Source: Deltaproteobacteria bacterium
GTDB taxonomy: Bacteria > Desulfobacterota > GWC2-55-46 > JAJCZF01
NCBI GenBank assembly: GCA_029262535.1
Contig: JAJCZF010000074.1
Span: 78,883-142,882 of the forward strand
DNA: 64,000 nucleotides
Direction of reading: 5' to 3'
Numbering within the stretch: position 1 is the first letter of the stretch; every line of letters starts with the position of its first letter. Both the position numbers and the translations under genes were made by a program. The notes beneath the pieces were generated by a model. It saw only the letters and a program-made list of their open reading frames with translations. It had not been told where the DNA came from and made no database searches. Of this stretch, positions 41,858 to 51,328 are shown in pieces.

Positions 41858-42295
41858 ATGAGACTGCTGGGACTAGATATTGGTAAAAAAAGAATAGGCG
41901 TCGCCGTCACCGATCCGCTCGGTATTATGGCTACCCCTGTTGTGGTTATTAAAAGGGTTTCGATTGCAAAGGATGTTGCCGATATCGTGTCGCTTGCCGA
42001 GGAGTATGAGGTCGAAAAGATAGTCTCTGGCATGCCGATGAATATGGACGGCACCTCGGGCGCCATGGTTCTTTATGTGGAAAAGTTCTTAACGAAACTC
42101 AGGCAAGAGACAACGGTTGAGGTCGTCTTGTGGGACGAGAGGCTCTCGACCGTTGCCGTTGAGCGTGTTCTTATTGAGGGCGACGTTTCAAGGGCAAAGC
42201 GCAGAGAGGTCGTTGACAAACTCTCCGCCGCTTATATACTCCAGGGTTATCTTGACGCACAAAAAAATTCAGCTCCAAATTCCGGCAGGTCCTAA
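41858..42295 (+). CDS. ruvX: RuvX/YqgF pre-16S rRNA nuclease
   Basis: LGLDIGKKRIGVA, DERLST, DKLSAAYILQ. Confidence 0.94.
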   Translation: MRLLGLDIGKKRIGVAVTDPLGIMATPVVVIKRVSIAKDVADIVSLAEEYEVEKIVSGMPMNMDGTSGAMVLYVEKFLTKLRQETTVEVVLWDERLSTVAVERVLIEGDVSRAKRREVVDKLSAAYILQGYLDAQKNSAPNSGRS

Positions 42296-42301
42296 GCTAA
42301 T

Positions 42302-43309
42302 ATGCAAAACCTCTTTAAACTCATTGCCGCTCTCTTTATCGTAGCTCTCCTGATAGTTGGATATTATACCTACAATATGCTCTATACCCCTATGTCGAAG
42401 GTCGGCGAAGTTCGTGTCGTTACTATCGAGAGGGGTGAGAACTTTGGCCAGATTATTGAAAAGCTCACTCGTGCGGGGTTGATAGAGTCGAAGACTGGTT
42501 TTAAGGCGCTTGGGCGCATTCGCGGCTCGCATAGGGAGATCAAGGCCGGAGAGTACGAACTCAGGACCGATATGAGCCCGAATGAGCTCATTACCGCGCT
42601 CGAAAGCGGAAAGGTGAGGTATCATTCCATTACCGTGCCCGAGGGTTTTTGTATAAAAGATATCGCCAAAACTCTCGTGGCCGCCAATATGACCGGCCAT
42701 GCTCTATTTATAGAAAAGGCCTTATCCGAAGAGACTGTAAAGAGACTCGCTCTTCCCGGTCCTACGCTTGAAGGTTATCTCTTTCCCGATACATATAGAG
42801 TGACAAGGGCCGCCAATGTAGACGACCTTATTGTTATGATGACCGACCGTTTTAAAGAGGTATATAATGAAAAATTCAAGGCTATGGCCCTTCGCCGCGG
42901 CATGGAGATTAAGGAGGTTATAACACTGGCCTCCATCATAGAGAAAGAGACCGGCCTCGTCAGCGAGATGAGAACCATAAGCGCCGTTTTTCATAACAGA
43001 TTGAGCCGAGGCATCCCGCTTCAGAGCGACCCGACCGTTATCTACGGCATAGAGGATTTTGACGGAAACCTGAGGAGAAAGGATCTTCAAAGAAAGGAAC
43101 CGTATAATACCTATACCAATGCCGGTCTACCGCCCGGCCCCATAGCCAACCCCGGCGCAGAGGCCATCTCGGCAGCTATAAACCCTACTAATGAGCCTTA
43201 TCTCTATTTTGTATCGCGTAACGACGGCAGCCACCATTTTTCCCGTACGTTAAAGGAGCACAATATCGCTGTGCGCCACTATCAAAAGAATCGACGAAAC
43301 AGAAAATAG
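42302..43309 (+). CDS. mltG: Endolytic transglycosylase MltG
   Basis: LEGYLFPDTY, ASIIEKE, LQSDPT, GLPPGPIANPG. Confidence 0.95.
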   Translation: MQNLFKLIAALFIVALLIVGYYTYNMLYTPMSKVGEVRVVTIERGENFGQIIEKLTRAGLIESKTGFKALGRIRGSHREIKAGEYELRTDMSPNELITALESGKVRYHSITVPEGFCIKDIAKTLVAANMTGHALFIEKALSEETVKRLALPGPTLEGYLFPDTYRVTRAANVDDLIVMMTDRFKEVYNEKFKAMALRRGMEIKEVITLASIIEKETGLVSEMRTISAVFHNRLSRGIPLQSDPTVIYGIEDFDGNLRRKDLQRKEPYNTYTNAGLPPGPIANPGAEAISAAINPTNEPYLYFVSRNDGSHHFSRTLKEHNIAVRHYQKNRRNRK

Positions 43310-43332
43310 GATCAAAGGCTCTCTTTTTATCT

Positions 43333-43369
43333 AATACAAATTTCTGAATTTTATGCAAAAATTTGTATT
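43333..43369. promoter_or_regulatory. Inverted repeat, putative enhancer-binding-protein upstream activating site
   Basis: AATACAAATTT-N15-AAATTTGTATT about 80-120 bp upstream of the sigma54 motif. Confidence 0.5.
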
Positions 43370-43450
43370 GCATGTTGCGGCTGGGGCTTCAGAATTCTTA
43401 TAACTATTTAATATATAAGAGCTTTCTTTTTACGGGTCTTTATTTTTATT

Positions 43451-43466
43451 TGGCATGTTCTTTGCA
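43451..43466 (+). promoter_or_regulatory. Sigma54 (-24/-12) promoter
   Basis: TGGCAT-GTTCT-TTGCA with correct GG-N10-GC spacing. Confidence 0.75.
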
Positions 43467-43572
43467 ATTTACTATCATTAATTAATTTGAGCCATCGCAG
43501 CTTTTTTCAGTCTCTAATCTTCCTCTAAGCGACAAGAGGCTATGGTTGATGTAATAAGGAGAGATTTTAACT

Positions 43573-44304
43573 TTGAAAATTCTTTTTAATGATATGAAGA
43601 TGGCCATTGGCCGCGACGGGCGTTTTATGCTTCGCCTCTTTGGGATTGACAGCCCGGAGAGGATTGAGGTCGAGCAGTTCGCTCATCGCGTATATAAGAA
43701 ACATTACGGAGCGGATCTGCGCTCTTTTAGCCGCGAGATGCTGGCCCTTACTTCGGACAGTGGGCGTGTTCTTAGCTGTGTGGGTATTAATATGCCCGAA
43801 AACGGCCCGCTCTTTTTGGAACACTATACTGGCGGTCCGGTTCAGGAGGCCATAGCCGCGGCCAGGCCGGAAGTTGAAGATGTCAAACGGGCCGAAGTTG
43901 TAGAGGTCGGTACCATGGCCGTACATCCGAAGGGGCTTTGCCGTTTGATGATGGCGGCGCTAGCCGGAGTGGTTGCCGCGCGCGGTAAGAGATATATCGT
44001 CTTTACGGCTGTTAAGAACCTCCAGAATACACTAGATAGTCTCAAGATACCCTTTACAGTACTTGCCGATGCAGATATGTCTGCACTGCCAAGGGTTGAT
44101 GAAGGTGGGACCGACTGGGGCCGTTATTATAATTCTTCGCCAAAGGTTATCGTGCTCGATCTCTTACAGGGCTGGTCCCGTGTGGGAGAGATACTGGATA
44201 ACGCCAATGGCGATAGCGCGCCGGATATGGCGCGGATCATGTCGGACCTATTTGCCGAAGGCGAATACCTTGAATCTCCACATAAGGGAGGCAGGGTAGC
44301 CTAG
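43573..44304 (+). CDS. 'Thermostable hemolysin' (delta-VPH) family protein, probably an acyltransferase-fold enzyme
   Basis: YGADL, LFLEHY, VVEVGTMA, VFTA, WGRYY..P.V. Confidence 0.85.
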   Translation: MKILFNDMKMAIGRDGRFMLRLFGIDSPERIEVEQFAHRVYKKHYGADLRSFSREMLALTSDSGRVLSCVGINMPENGPLFLEHYTGGPVQEAIAAARPEVEDVKRAEVVEVGTMAVHPKGLCRLMMAALAGVVAARGKRYIVFTAVKNLQNTLDSLKIPFTVLADADMSALPRVDEGGTDWGRYYNSSPKVIVLDLLQGWSRVGEILDNANGDSAPDMARIMSDLFAEGEYLESPHKGGRVA

Positions 44305-44306
44305 AG

Positions 44307-45869
44307 ATGAAGTTTTGGCGGAGCATCCTCCACCATGCAAAAGAGTCCCCGACACGGCTTGCGCTCGGTCCCGTCACCTATGACGGGCTCAGGTCAGCCG
44401 TAACCCGTGTAGTTCGCTCTCTACCCGATATGTCGGGAAAGAGGGTCGGCCTCTTTCTCGGCAACGGCCCACTCTTTGGAGTATACGATATCGCCCTTAC
44501 CCTCAAGGGCGCGGTAGTAGTGCCCCTTCCTGGCTTTTTTTCCACTGAACAGTTAGAGCATCTTATTGTTGATGCGGCCCTCGATACGGTAGTGATCGAG
44601 AGTGGTTGCGATGAGGGATTTCATTCGCTACTGGCTTCTCTCGATGTGATTGAAGCCGATACCGGACATCTTGTTTCCTCCAGTGAGGAAGAAGACGGAG
44701 GTGACGGGGGTGACGGGCAAGAGCTGGTTTTATCCGAGCTATCTCCTTCCACAGTTGTTAAGATAATATATACCTCCGGCACGACCGGCAGTCCGCGGGG
44801 CGTTATGGTCACTCTTGCAGCACTTGAGGCCGTGACCGAGTCGCTCATCGAGCGTAGCGAGGCGACCGGGAGCGATAGCCATCTGTCGCTCTTGCCGCTT
44901 TCGACCCTGCTTGAGATAATCGGCGGTATCTACGTGCCGCTAACCGTTGGGGCAACGGTTACCTACCTGCCCGCTGGTGGTATGGGTGGGGTTACCGCAG
45001 ATCCTTCGGCCCTTATAAAGGCAATTGAGTTTATCAGGCCTACGACCACGATAGTCGTTCCTTCGCTGCTGGAGCTGCTCGTGCGTTTCTTTGAAGAGGC
45101 CGGGGTCAGGCCCGAAGGCTTTCGTTTTATCGCGTGCGGCGGAGCGCCGGTAGCCGTTTCACTGCTTCTTCGGGCAGAGGCTCTGGGACTTCCGGTCTTT
45201 CAGGGTTACGGCCTTTCCGAGTGCGCCTCTGTCGTCACATTAAACGAGTTGCTATCAAACCGTATAGGCTCTGTTGGCAAGCCCCTTTCGCATGCCGGAG
45301 TAACCGTAAGCGAAGAGGGTGAGATCGTTGTGACCGGCCCGGCGGTTCTTGCCGGTTACGCGTCGGGAGGTAAAGAGTTCTCGTTAGAGTACCCGACCGG
45401 TGATATAGGCCGTTTGGACGAGGACGGTTATCTATATATCGAAGGGCGTAAGGATAATGTGATCGCGCTGGCCAACGGCAGGAATCTCTCGCCGGAATGG
45501 GTAGAGGGTCTAGTATCGTCCCTTAAATTCGTAAAACAGGTCGTCGTCTTCGGCACAGGCATGGAGGGCGCGGTCGCTCTTTTGGTAGTTGACCATGAAT
45601 GGCTAAGGTCGACTGCTGAGAGGTTTTCTGATAAATCTCCCGTGGAAGAGCTTGTTGATAACCCACTTATAATAAAGACGGTATTGGATGAGATAATAGC
45701 AGCTTGTAAGGACCTTCCGGACTATGCGCATATTCAAAGGGTGAAAGTTTTGGCAAAACCTTTTACGATAGAGAACGGTCTTCTAACCCACAACTGGAGG
45801 CCGCGTCGCAAGGAAATTTTCAAGCGTTACGAAAAGGATATAGAGAGACTATACGAAGAAGATCTGTAA
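44307..45869 (+). CDS. AMP-binding acyl-CoA synthetase-like enzyme
   Basis: YTSGTTGSPRG, GYGLSE, TGDIG, GRKDN, LLTHNWRPRR. Confidence 0.9.
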   Translation: MKFWRSILHHAKESPTRLALGPVTYDGLRSAVTRVVRSLPDMSGKRVGLFLGNGPLFGVYDIALTLKGAVVVPLPGFFSTEQLEHLIVDAALDTVVIESGCDEGFHSLLASLDVIEADTGHLVSSSEEEDGGDGGDGQELVLSELSPSTVVKIIYTSGTTGSPRGVMVTLAALEAVTESLIERSEATGSDSHLSLLPLSTLLEIIGGIYVPLTVGATVTYLPAGGMGGVTADPSALIKAIEFIRPTTTIVVPSLLELLVRFFEEAGVRPEGFRFIACGGAPVAVSLLLRAEALGLPVFQGYGLSECASVVTLNELLSNRIGSVGKPLSHAGVTVSEEGEIVVTGPAVLAGYASGGKEFSLEYPTGDIGRLDEDGYLYIEGRKDNVIALANGRNLSPEWVEGLVSSLKFVKQVVVFGTGMEGAVALLVVDHEWLRSTAERFSDKSPVEELVDNPLIIKTVLDEIIAACKDLPDYAHIQRVKVLAKPFTIENGLLTHNWRPRRKEIFKRYEKDIERLYEEDL

Positions 45870-46097
45870 GGATTAAGAACGCGGAGAGGGAACTTTCAAG
45901 TAACGAAGCTTATTCCGCGAAAATAAAACCACACCTGTGTGGATATAGAGAGATTATACGAAGAAGATCTGTAAGGCTTTAAAACGCGGAGAGGGAATTC
46001 AAGTAGCTAAGAACTTGCACCGCGAAAATTGGCCCCGTATACTGTGCGGCTGTGCGGAGCTAAAATAAGAGCACACTGGTATGCCACACCTGTGTGG
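45836..46097 (+). repeat. Imperfect tandem duplication (105-bp period) including the 3' end of the AMP-binding gene
   Basis: GGATATAGAGAGA(C/T)TATACGAAGAAGATCTGTAAGG at 45836 and 45941; CCACACCTGTGTGG at 45929 and 46084. Confidence 0.85.
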
Positions 46098-46111
46098 AAG
46101 GAGAATAAGGT

Positions 46112-46930
46112 ATGAGGGGATTTTTACTGTACAGGATCTTTGGTATAACGCTTGCGTTAGTTGTAGTTGCGCTCTTTTCCACGGCCTCACTGGCAGTCGA
46201 GACTTCGCAAAGCCATGTGGCGAAGGGCGATATGTACTATGCAAAGCGCGCCGACGGACACAGGGACGATATGGCGGCGGTAAATATTATAATGTCGGCC
46301 ATTGACGAGTATAAGTTAGCATACGAGATGGGCGACCACTCGTCGGAACTTGTTGAAAAGACTATGCGCGCTAACTTCTTTTACGCCACATATGCCGAGA
46401 CCGATAAAGATAAGCAGAAAGCGGCCTTTGAGCACTCTATAAAGATAGCCGAGGAGTTTTTAAAGGACGACCCGGATAATGTCGCTATTAATTATCAGAT
46501 ATCCGGGGCCTGGGGGCGTTGGGGAGAGGTCAACGGCATAATAGCCTCGGCCCGCAAGGGTGTTGCCGACAGGGTTAAGGAGTATGGCGAGAAGACGGTC
46601 GCGTTCGATGCCGACTTTGGCGATGGCGGCGGATACAGAACGCTCGGCAGGCTTCATCTTATGGTGCCGAGAATTCCTTTCATCCTCTCATGGCCGAGCA
46701 ATAAGGAGAGTGAAAAATATCTGGCCAAGGCCGTGAAGGTCGGGCCGGACAACCTGACCAACCACCTTTTTTATGCCGAGACACTTTATGAGAACGGTTC
46801 CTATGTAAAGGCCATGGAAGAGGTCAATATCGTGCTCAGGAACGGCGCAAGGTCCGATTATCTCGTTGAAGATTTGAGGGACCAGAGCGACGCGCGCAAG
46901 CTCAAAGAGAAGATAAATAAGAAGTTATAG
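46112..46930 (+). CDS. Exported TPR-like helical repeat protein
   Basis: Signal peptide, helical repeats, GGYRTLGRL..VP motif. Confidence 0.75.
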   Translation: MRGFLLYRIFGITLALVVVALFSTASLAVETSQSHVAKGDMYYAKRADGHRDDMAAVNIIMSAIDEYKLAYEMGDHSSELVEKTMRANFFYATYAETDKDKQKAAFEHSIKIAEEFLKDDPDNVAINYQISGAWGRWGEVNGIIASARKGVADRVKEYGEKTVAFDADFGDGGGYRTLGRLHLMVPRIPFILSWPSNKESEKYLAKAVKVGPDNLTNHLFYAETLYENGSYVKAMEEVNIVLRNGARSDYLVEDLRDQSDARKLKEKINKKL

Positions 46931-46942
46931 GAACTCTTAAAA

Positions 46943-48028
46943 TTGACCAGTAAAGAAGATTTCGACATTCAGGCCATAAAGGACTATGTGCCGGACGCGT
47001 TATGGGATTCCTTTAAGCTGAACCCAGAGCGTTTAGGAGAGCTGCGGGTCCTTGAGGCGAGTATCTATCTCACGCGCGACTGCAACTTGAAGTGCCAGTA
47101 CTGCAAGATCATAAAGACCGAACTGGAAGAAGAGCTCTCTATCGAAAGGTGGATAGAGGCGGTCGATATCCTGGAGTCGCTCGGTATCAGGTTCGTTAAT
47201 ATCGCGGGTGGAGAGCCTACGGTCGTTAAGGGGCTTTCCAGGTTGATAAGCCACCTCGACAAAAATACCACGATGGATTTTTCCGTTGTATCCAATTCGC
47301 TCTTTGGTGATAATATGGCCCGCGAGCTTGCCGAGGCAGGCCTCCGGGCTTATGTGGCGAGCGTGGATGTGCTCGGCGACGACGTTGCTTTGGACGATCT
47401 GAGGAAGTCGAGCGCCGGAATAAAGATGCTCGCAAAACTAAAAGAGCTAGGCGTACCCTACCTCTGCGCTAATATTGTCGTATCGGCCCAAAATATCGAT
47501 AAGGTAATGGATGTGGTAAGGTATCTTAGCGACGAGGGCGTCTGGGTGAATATCTGCCCGATCCTATGGGGCAAGGGCGATAAGTGGGACAAGATCGAGG
47601 CGGCCGACCGGACCTACAGGCTTGGGCCTGAGCACAAGGCGCGCCTTACCGCCTTAAGCAAAGAGATAATAGAGTATAAACGGACCGGCGCGCTCATACT
47701 GCCGACCGAACAGTATATCGAGGCCATGCCGGATTACGGTATTTCGCTTTCATGGAAATGTTTCGACGAAGAAAAGCCCGGCCCGCCGCCGCGCCTTACT
47801 ATAGACGCCGACGGCGCGATGATGACATGTATAAATATGCGCGGCGATCTTTCTGTCAAACACTCTATATTCGATCTAAAAGATAAAGATCTATTTGAAG
47901 AATTTATTTCGGACTGGTGGCGGGACGCAAGCAGCTGTACCGGTTGTTATTGGTCCACTATGGTTATGGCTCAGGAGCGTCAGGAGACGCTCGAACGGCT
48001 TAAGACGGGAAGCTCTGATTTATTCTAG
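46943..48028 (+). CDS. Radical SAM protein with C-terminal Cys (twitch/SPASM-like) region
   Basis: CNLKCQYC, GGEP, WKC...TC...CTGC. Confidence 0.9.
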   Translation: MTSKEDFDIQAIKDYVPDALWDSFKLNPERLGELRVLEASIYLTRDCNLKCQYCKIIKTELEEELSIERWIEAVDILESLGIRFVNIAGGEPTVVKGLSRLISHLDKNTTMDFSVVSNSLFGDNMARELAEAGLRAYVASVDVLGDDVALDDLRKSSAGIKMLAKLKELGVPYLCANIVVSAQNIDKVMDVVRYLSDEGVWVNICPILWGKGDKWDKIEAADRTYRLGPEHKARLTALSKEIIEYKRTGALILPTEQYIEAMPDYGISLSWKCFDEEKPGPPPRLTIDADGAMMTCINMRGDLSVKHSIFDLKDKDLFEEFISDWWRDASSCTGCYWSTMVMAQERQETLERLKTGSSDLF

Positions 48029-48166
48029 GCGAAGTAGATTGTGATCGAAAATGTTCAGATTCAAGGCGTGAATCGCAAGTAATAGCAAGCTATTGCTAAG
48101 ATTCGCAACGCGGAAGCTAGGCATTTTAGGCGCAAGATACGAGTCTACGAATAGATCAGAGCTTCC
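48008..48166. mobile_element. MITE-like 159-bp palindromic element, copy 2 (inverted)
   Basis: GGAAGCTCTGATTTATTC / GAATAGATCAGAGCTTCC followed by CTAA; reverse complement aligns end to end with 5903-6061. Confidence 0.8.
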
Positions 48167-48188
48167 CTAAGATGATGGGAGATCATAA

Positions 48189-48995
48189 GTGAATTTAAAG
48201 GGAAAGAACGTCATAATAACTGGCGCCGCTGGCGGCATAGGGCGCAACATGTCGCTCGCGTTCGCTTCAAAGGGCGCAAATATAAGTCTGGTGGACAGGG
48301 CCGAAGCGCAACTTGAGACGGTCCGTAAGGAAGTAGAGGCCAAGGGAGTAAAGGCCGTCGCTATTGCGGCCGACGTAACTGTGGAGGCCGATATAGAGCG
48401 CATAGTAAAGGATACGGAGTCCGGACTCGGCCAGGTCGACGTTCTTGTAAATAACGCGGGCATAATGCCCTTCAAACTCACAGTGGACCACAGCGCGGCG
48501 GAGGTTATGGCGGCGCTTATGGTCAACGTATACGGCCCGATAAGGCTCTCGCAGTCCGTGCTTGTCGGCATGCTCGAACGCGGCTCCGGGCGTATAGTGA
48601 ATATCGGCTCGACCTTCGGTTCTATGGGCTTTCCCTACTTTAGCGTATATTCGGCCACAAAGGGCGCGATGAAGATCTTTACCGAGTCGCTACGCCGCGA
48701 GCTTCACGATGTGAAGGGCGTCGGCGTAACATACGTCGCCCCGCGCGCGGTGAAGTCCTCCCAGCCCGAGATATTTTTCGAGATGGCCAAGAAGATGAAG
48801 ATGAATCTGGACGAGCCCGGCTATGTATCCGATATCGTCGTCTCCGCCGTTGAGAAGGGCGAGTCAGAAGTCTATATCGGTGGTCAGGAAAAGTTCTTCA
48901 TGTTAATCAACAAGCTAAAGCCCTCCATGATCGACGGCGGCCTGAAAAAGCAGGTATCGATCATGAAAGAATACTGCCCAAAAATGTCAAAATAG
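48189..48995 (+). CDS. SDR family oxidoreductase
   Basis: TGAAGGIG, NNAG, GSTFGSMGFP, YSATK, YVAPRA. Confidence 0.9.
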   Translation: MNLKGKNVIITGAAGGIGRNMSLAFASKGANISLVDRAEAQLETVRKEVEAKGVKAVAIAADVTVEADIERIVKDTESGLGQVDVLVNNAGIMPFKLTVDHSAAEVMAALMVNVYGPIRLSQSVLVGMLERGSGRIVNIGSTFGSMGFPYFSVYSATKGAMKIFTESLRRELHDVKGVGVTYVAPRAVKSSQPEIFFEMAKKMKMNLDEPGYVSDIVVSAVEKGESEVYIGGQEKFFMLINKLKPSMIDGGLKKQVSIMKEYCPKMSK

Positions 48996-49046
48996 GCTTG
49001 AGTTTCTTTGCGTTTTAAGTTATTCTGCAGTGAGGAGGTGAGAATA

Positions 49047-49589
49047 ATGAAACTATCTAGAGCAACAATTCTCTTCTATGCTGATGAATATGACAAAGAA
49101 TTTAAGGGCAAAAAAGAGACAAAGATTGAGGATACTGTTAAGCCAAAGATAAAGAATCAAACCTACTTAACGAGTGAGGATTTAATAGAAATTGCTAAGT
49201 GGAAGTCGCCTAGGTCAGCTTGGCGTTGCGAAGATAATGAATCGGAATTCATTAAAGAAGTTACGAAGATTGCTTTTAAAAGCACTAATGAGCAGGTGAA
49301 AATTGAAGTGTTGCAGTTGTTAAAGGGGGTCCGCTATCCGATGGCTTCCTCTATATTGCATTTTAGATTTCCAAATGAGTACCCTATAATTGATTTTAGA
49401 CTACTTGAAATTTTAGAATTTGTAAAAAAAGAAGAGACAATAAAGTACAATTTTAGCCTTTGGGAAAAATATCGTAAAAGGATTGAAGAGATAAAAGATA
49501 GAACCGGCCTTGACATAAGAACGATAGATAAGGGCTATTGGTGGAAACATAGGGATGCCGGGAAAATGAAAAGAAATAGATGTAATTGA
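49047..49589 (+). CDS. AT-rich hypothetical protein with helix-hairpin-helix-like motif
   Basis: GAGGAGG RBS; KWKSPR and LKGVRYPMASSILHF...YPIIDFR; visibly lower GC than neighbours. Confidence 0.65.
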   Translation: MKLSRATILFYADEYDKEFKGKKETKIEDTVKPKIKNQTYLTSEDLIEIAKWKSPRSAWRCEDNESEFIKEVTKIAFKSTNEQVKIEVLQLLKGVRYPMASSILHFRFPNEYPIIDFRLLEILEFVKKEETIKYNFSLWEKYRKRIEEIKDRTGLDIRTIDKGYWWKHRDAGKMKRNRCN

Positions 49590-49815
49590 CACCACTCAAC
49601 TTCACAAACTCTAGACTTCAAAACCTATGTGGCGCGGCCAAGAAGCTTCCGGCTCATATAAACTTACCCCGTGAAAATAAACACACGACCGTGTGCGACC
49701 GTGCAATTCGGACTTTTCAGATACTTTTGTCCGCTTAGAAGGAACCTTGCGGAATACCAATACAAAATAATAATCCTTTAAAAACAAACCGTTGTAAATT
49801 TCTTCAAAAAAGAGG

Positions 49816-49863
49816 TTGACAAAGCAATAATTGTGGGATAAAAAAGACTTAAGAGGTCCTTAA
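49816..49863 (+). promoter_or_regulatory. Sigma70 promoter and putative Rrf2 operator
   Basis: TTGACA at 49816; imperfect palindrome AAAGAC-N7-GTCCTT just upstream of the rrf2 RBS. Confidence 0.5.
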
Positions 49864-49876
49864 AGGGGGGATTCCA

Positions 49877-50326
49877 ATGTTTAAATTAAGCAGAGGCGCT
49901 GAGTATGCGATCCGAGGTCTTTTATATCTATCCGGCCAGCCTACGGGTAAGGTCTCTTATATAGAAGAGATTTCCAACGCACAGCAGATTCCGCGGGCAT
50001 ATCTTGCAAAGATCTTTCAGACCCTTAGTAAAAAGGGCTTTGTTAAATCATACAGAGGCCCGGAGGGTGGTTTCGCGCTTACAAGGGACCCTGCCGAGCT
50101 AACGCTTTTAGAGGCGGTCGAGGCGATGGAGGGTCCTATCCACCTGAACGAGTGCCTGATTCACAGCGGTTACTGCGAGAGGGAGGATATGTGTCCCATA
50201 CACGACGTATGGAATCAGGCGCATGAGAAGCTTATGGAGGTCCTTACGGGCACTACATTTGCCGGGCTTGCAGAGGCCGGTAGAGAGAAGGCGGCAAAGG
50301 CGCGGGATAAACGCGCCGCAAGTTAG
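49877..50326 (+). CDS. Rrf2 family transcriptional regulator (IscR/NsrR-like, 3 Cys)
   Basis: EYAIR, SYRGPEGGFAL, CLIHSGYCEREDMC. Confidence 0.92.
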   Translation: MFKLSRGAEYAIRGLLYLSGQPTGKVSYIEEISNAQQIPRAYLAKIFQTLSKKGFVKSYRGPEGGFALTRDPAELTLLEAVEAMEGPIHLNECLIHSGYCEREDMCPIHDVWNQAHEKLMEVLTGTTFAGLAEAGREKAAKARDKRAAS

Positions 50327-50544
50327 CTTTAGACCGTTCCCGGCTGGATTATGGTCGGGGCCGGTGAATTACCTGTAGATGGTTTTAAAATCAATTAATA
50401 CGAAAAACTCATAATAGATAGGCAAAAATACTCTATAGTAGTAGTTTTATTCAGGACAAAAAGGCCTTTAAGTCCTAAATAACTTTGGTGCTTACAGGGC
50501 GTTTGCGTAGTTAGAAAGTCAAAAAAGGAGAGGTGGAGGAAAAT

Positions 50545-51315
50545 ATGGAAGATTCTACAACAGGACATCACGAGCCGGAATGGGAGGTCAGTCCCTGGCC
50601 TCTGGTAGTGAGCGTAGGGGCGCTCTTTATGGTGCCGCTTGCGTTTTCTTTTTATTTTGTATATGACAAGCCGCTTATGGCGATCTTATCGCTCGGTATC
50701 GGCGTTCCGCTCGTTATCGCTTCGGTAGTCGGCTGGACAAAGGGCGGTATCGCGGACATAGCGCATCACGGCAAGGAGCCGGGTTTTGCTACCGGGGCGA
50801 TGCCGTTTTTCATAGTAGCCGAGGCATTTATATTTGTCTCGTTCTTCGCGGCCTACTGGGTCTTGAGGCTCAAGGCGCCGAACTGGCCGCCAGCGGGTAC
50901 GCCGGAATTCGGGGTGACAATCCCTATTATAATGACCATCCTTCTGGTCTCATCAAGCTTTACCATACATTTTAGCGAACACGCCATTGAGCATGGCGAC
51001 AAGGGCGGCTTTCGTAACTGGCTTATTGTCACCATAATACTCGGCGCGATATTCTTTCTCTTATCCGCATTCGAGTGGTCTCATCTGATGCACGGCGGCT
51101 TTACGATGAAGACGAATCTCTTTAGCACATTCTTCTACTCGATAACAGGTTTTCACGGTTCGCATGTTATTGTCGGCCTCATCATCTTTCTCTGCATACT
51201 CGTCTCGGCCTTCTTTGGCAAGGTGAGCAAGACATTCGTAAAGAGCGCAAGTGTCTACTGGCATTTTGTTGATCTCATCTGGTTCTTTGTCGTAACGCAG
51301 ATATACTTCTGGTAG
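50545..51315 (+). CDS. coxC: Cytochrome c oxidase subunit III
   Basis: SPWPL, TGFHGSHV, YWHFVD. Confidence 0.92.
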   Translation: MEDSTTGHHEPEWEVSPWPLVVSVGALFMVPLAFSFYFVYDKPLMAILSLGIGVPLVIASVVGWTKGGIADIAHHGKEPGFATGAMPFFIVAEAFIFVSFFAAYWVLRLKAPNWPPAGTPEFGVTIPIIMTILLVSSSFTIHFSEHAIEHGDKGGFRNWLIVTIILGAIFFLLSAFEWSHLMHGGFTMKTNLFSTFFYSITGFHGSHVIVGLIIFLCILVSAFFGKVSKTFVKSASVYWHFVDLIWFFVVTQIYFW

Positions 51316-51328
51316 ATGAAGGCAGACG

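Noticed and set aside
43573..44304. Hemolytic toxin or virulence factor
   Set aside because: No signal peptide is evident and the context is biosynthetic; the family name is historical.
45836..46097. Possible CRISPR array
   Set aside because: Only two units, the intervening sequences are homologous rather than unique spacers, and there are no cas genes.
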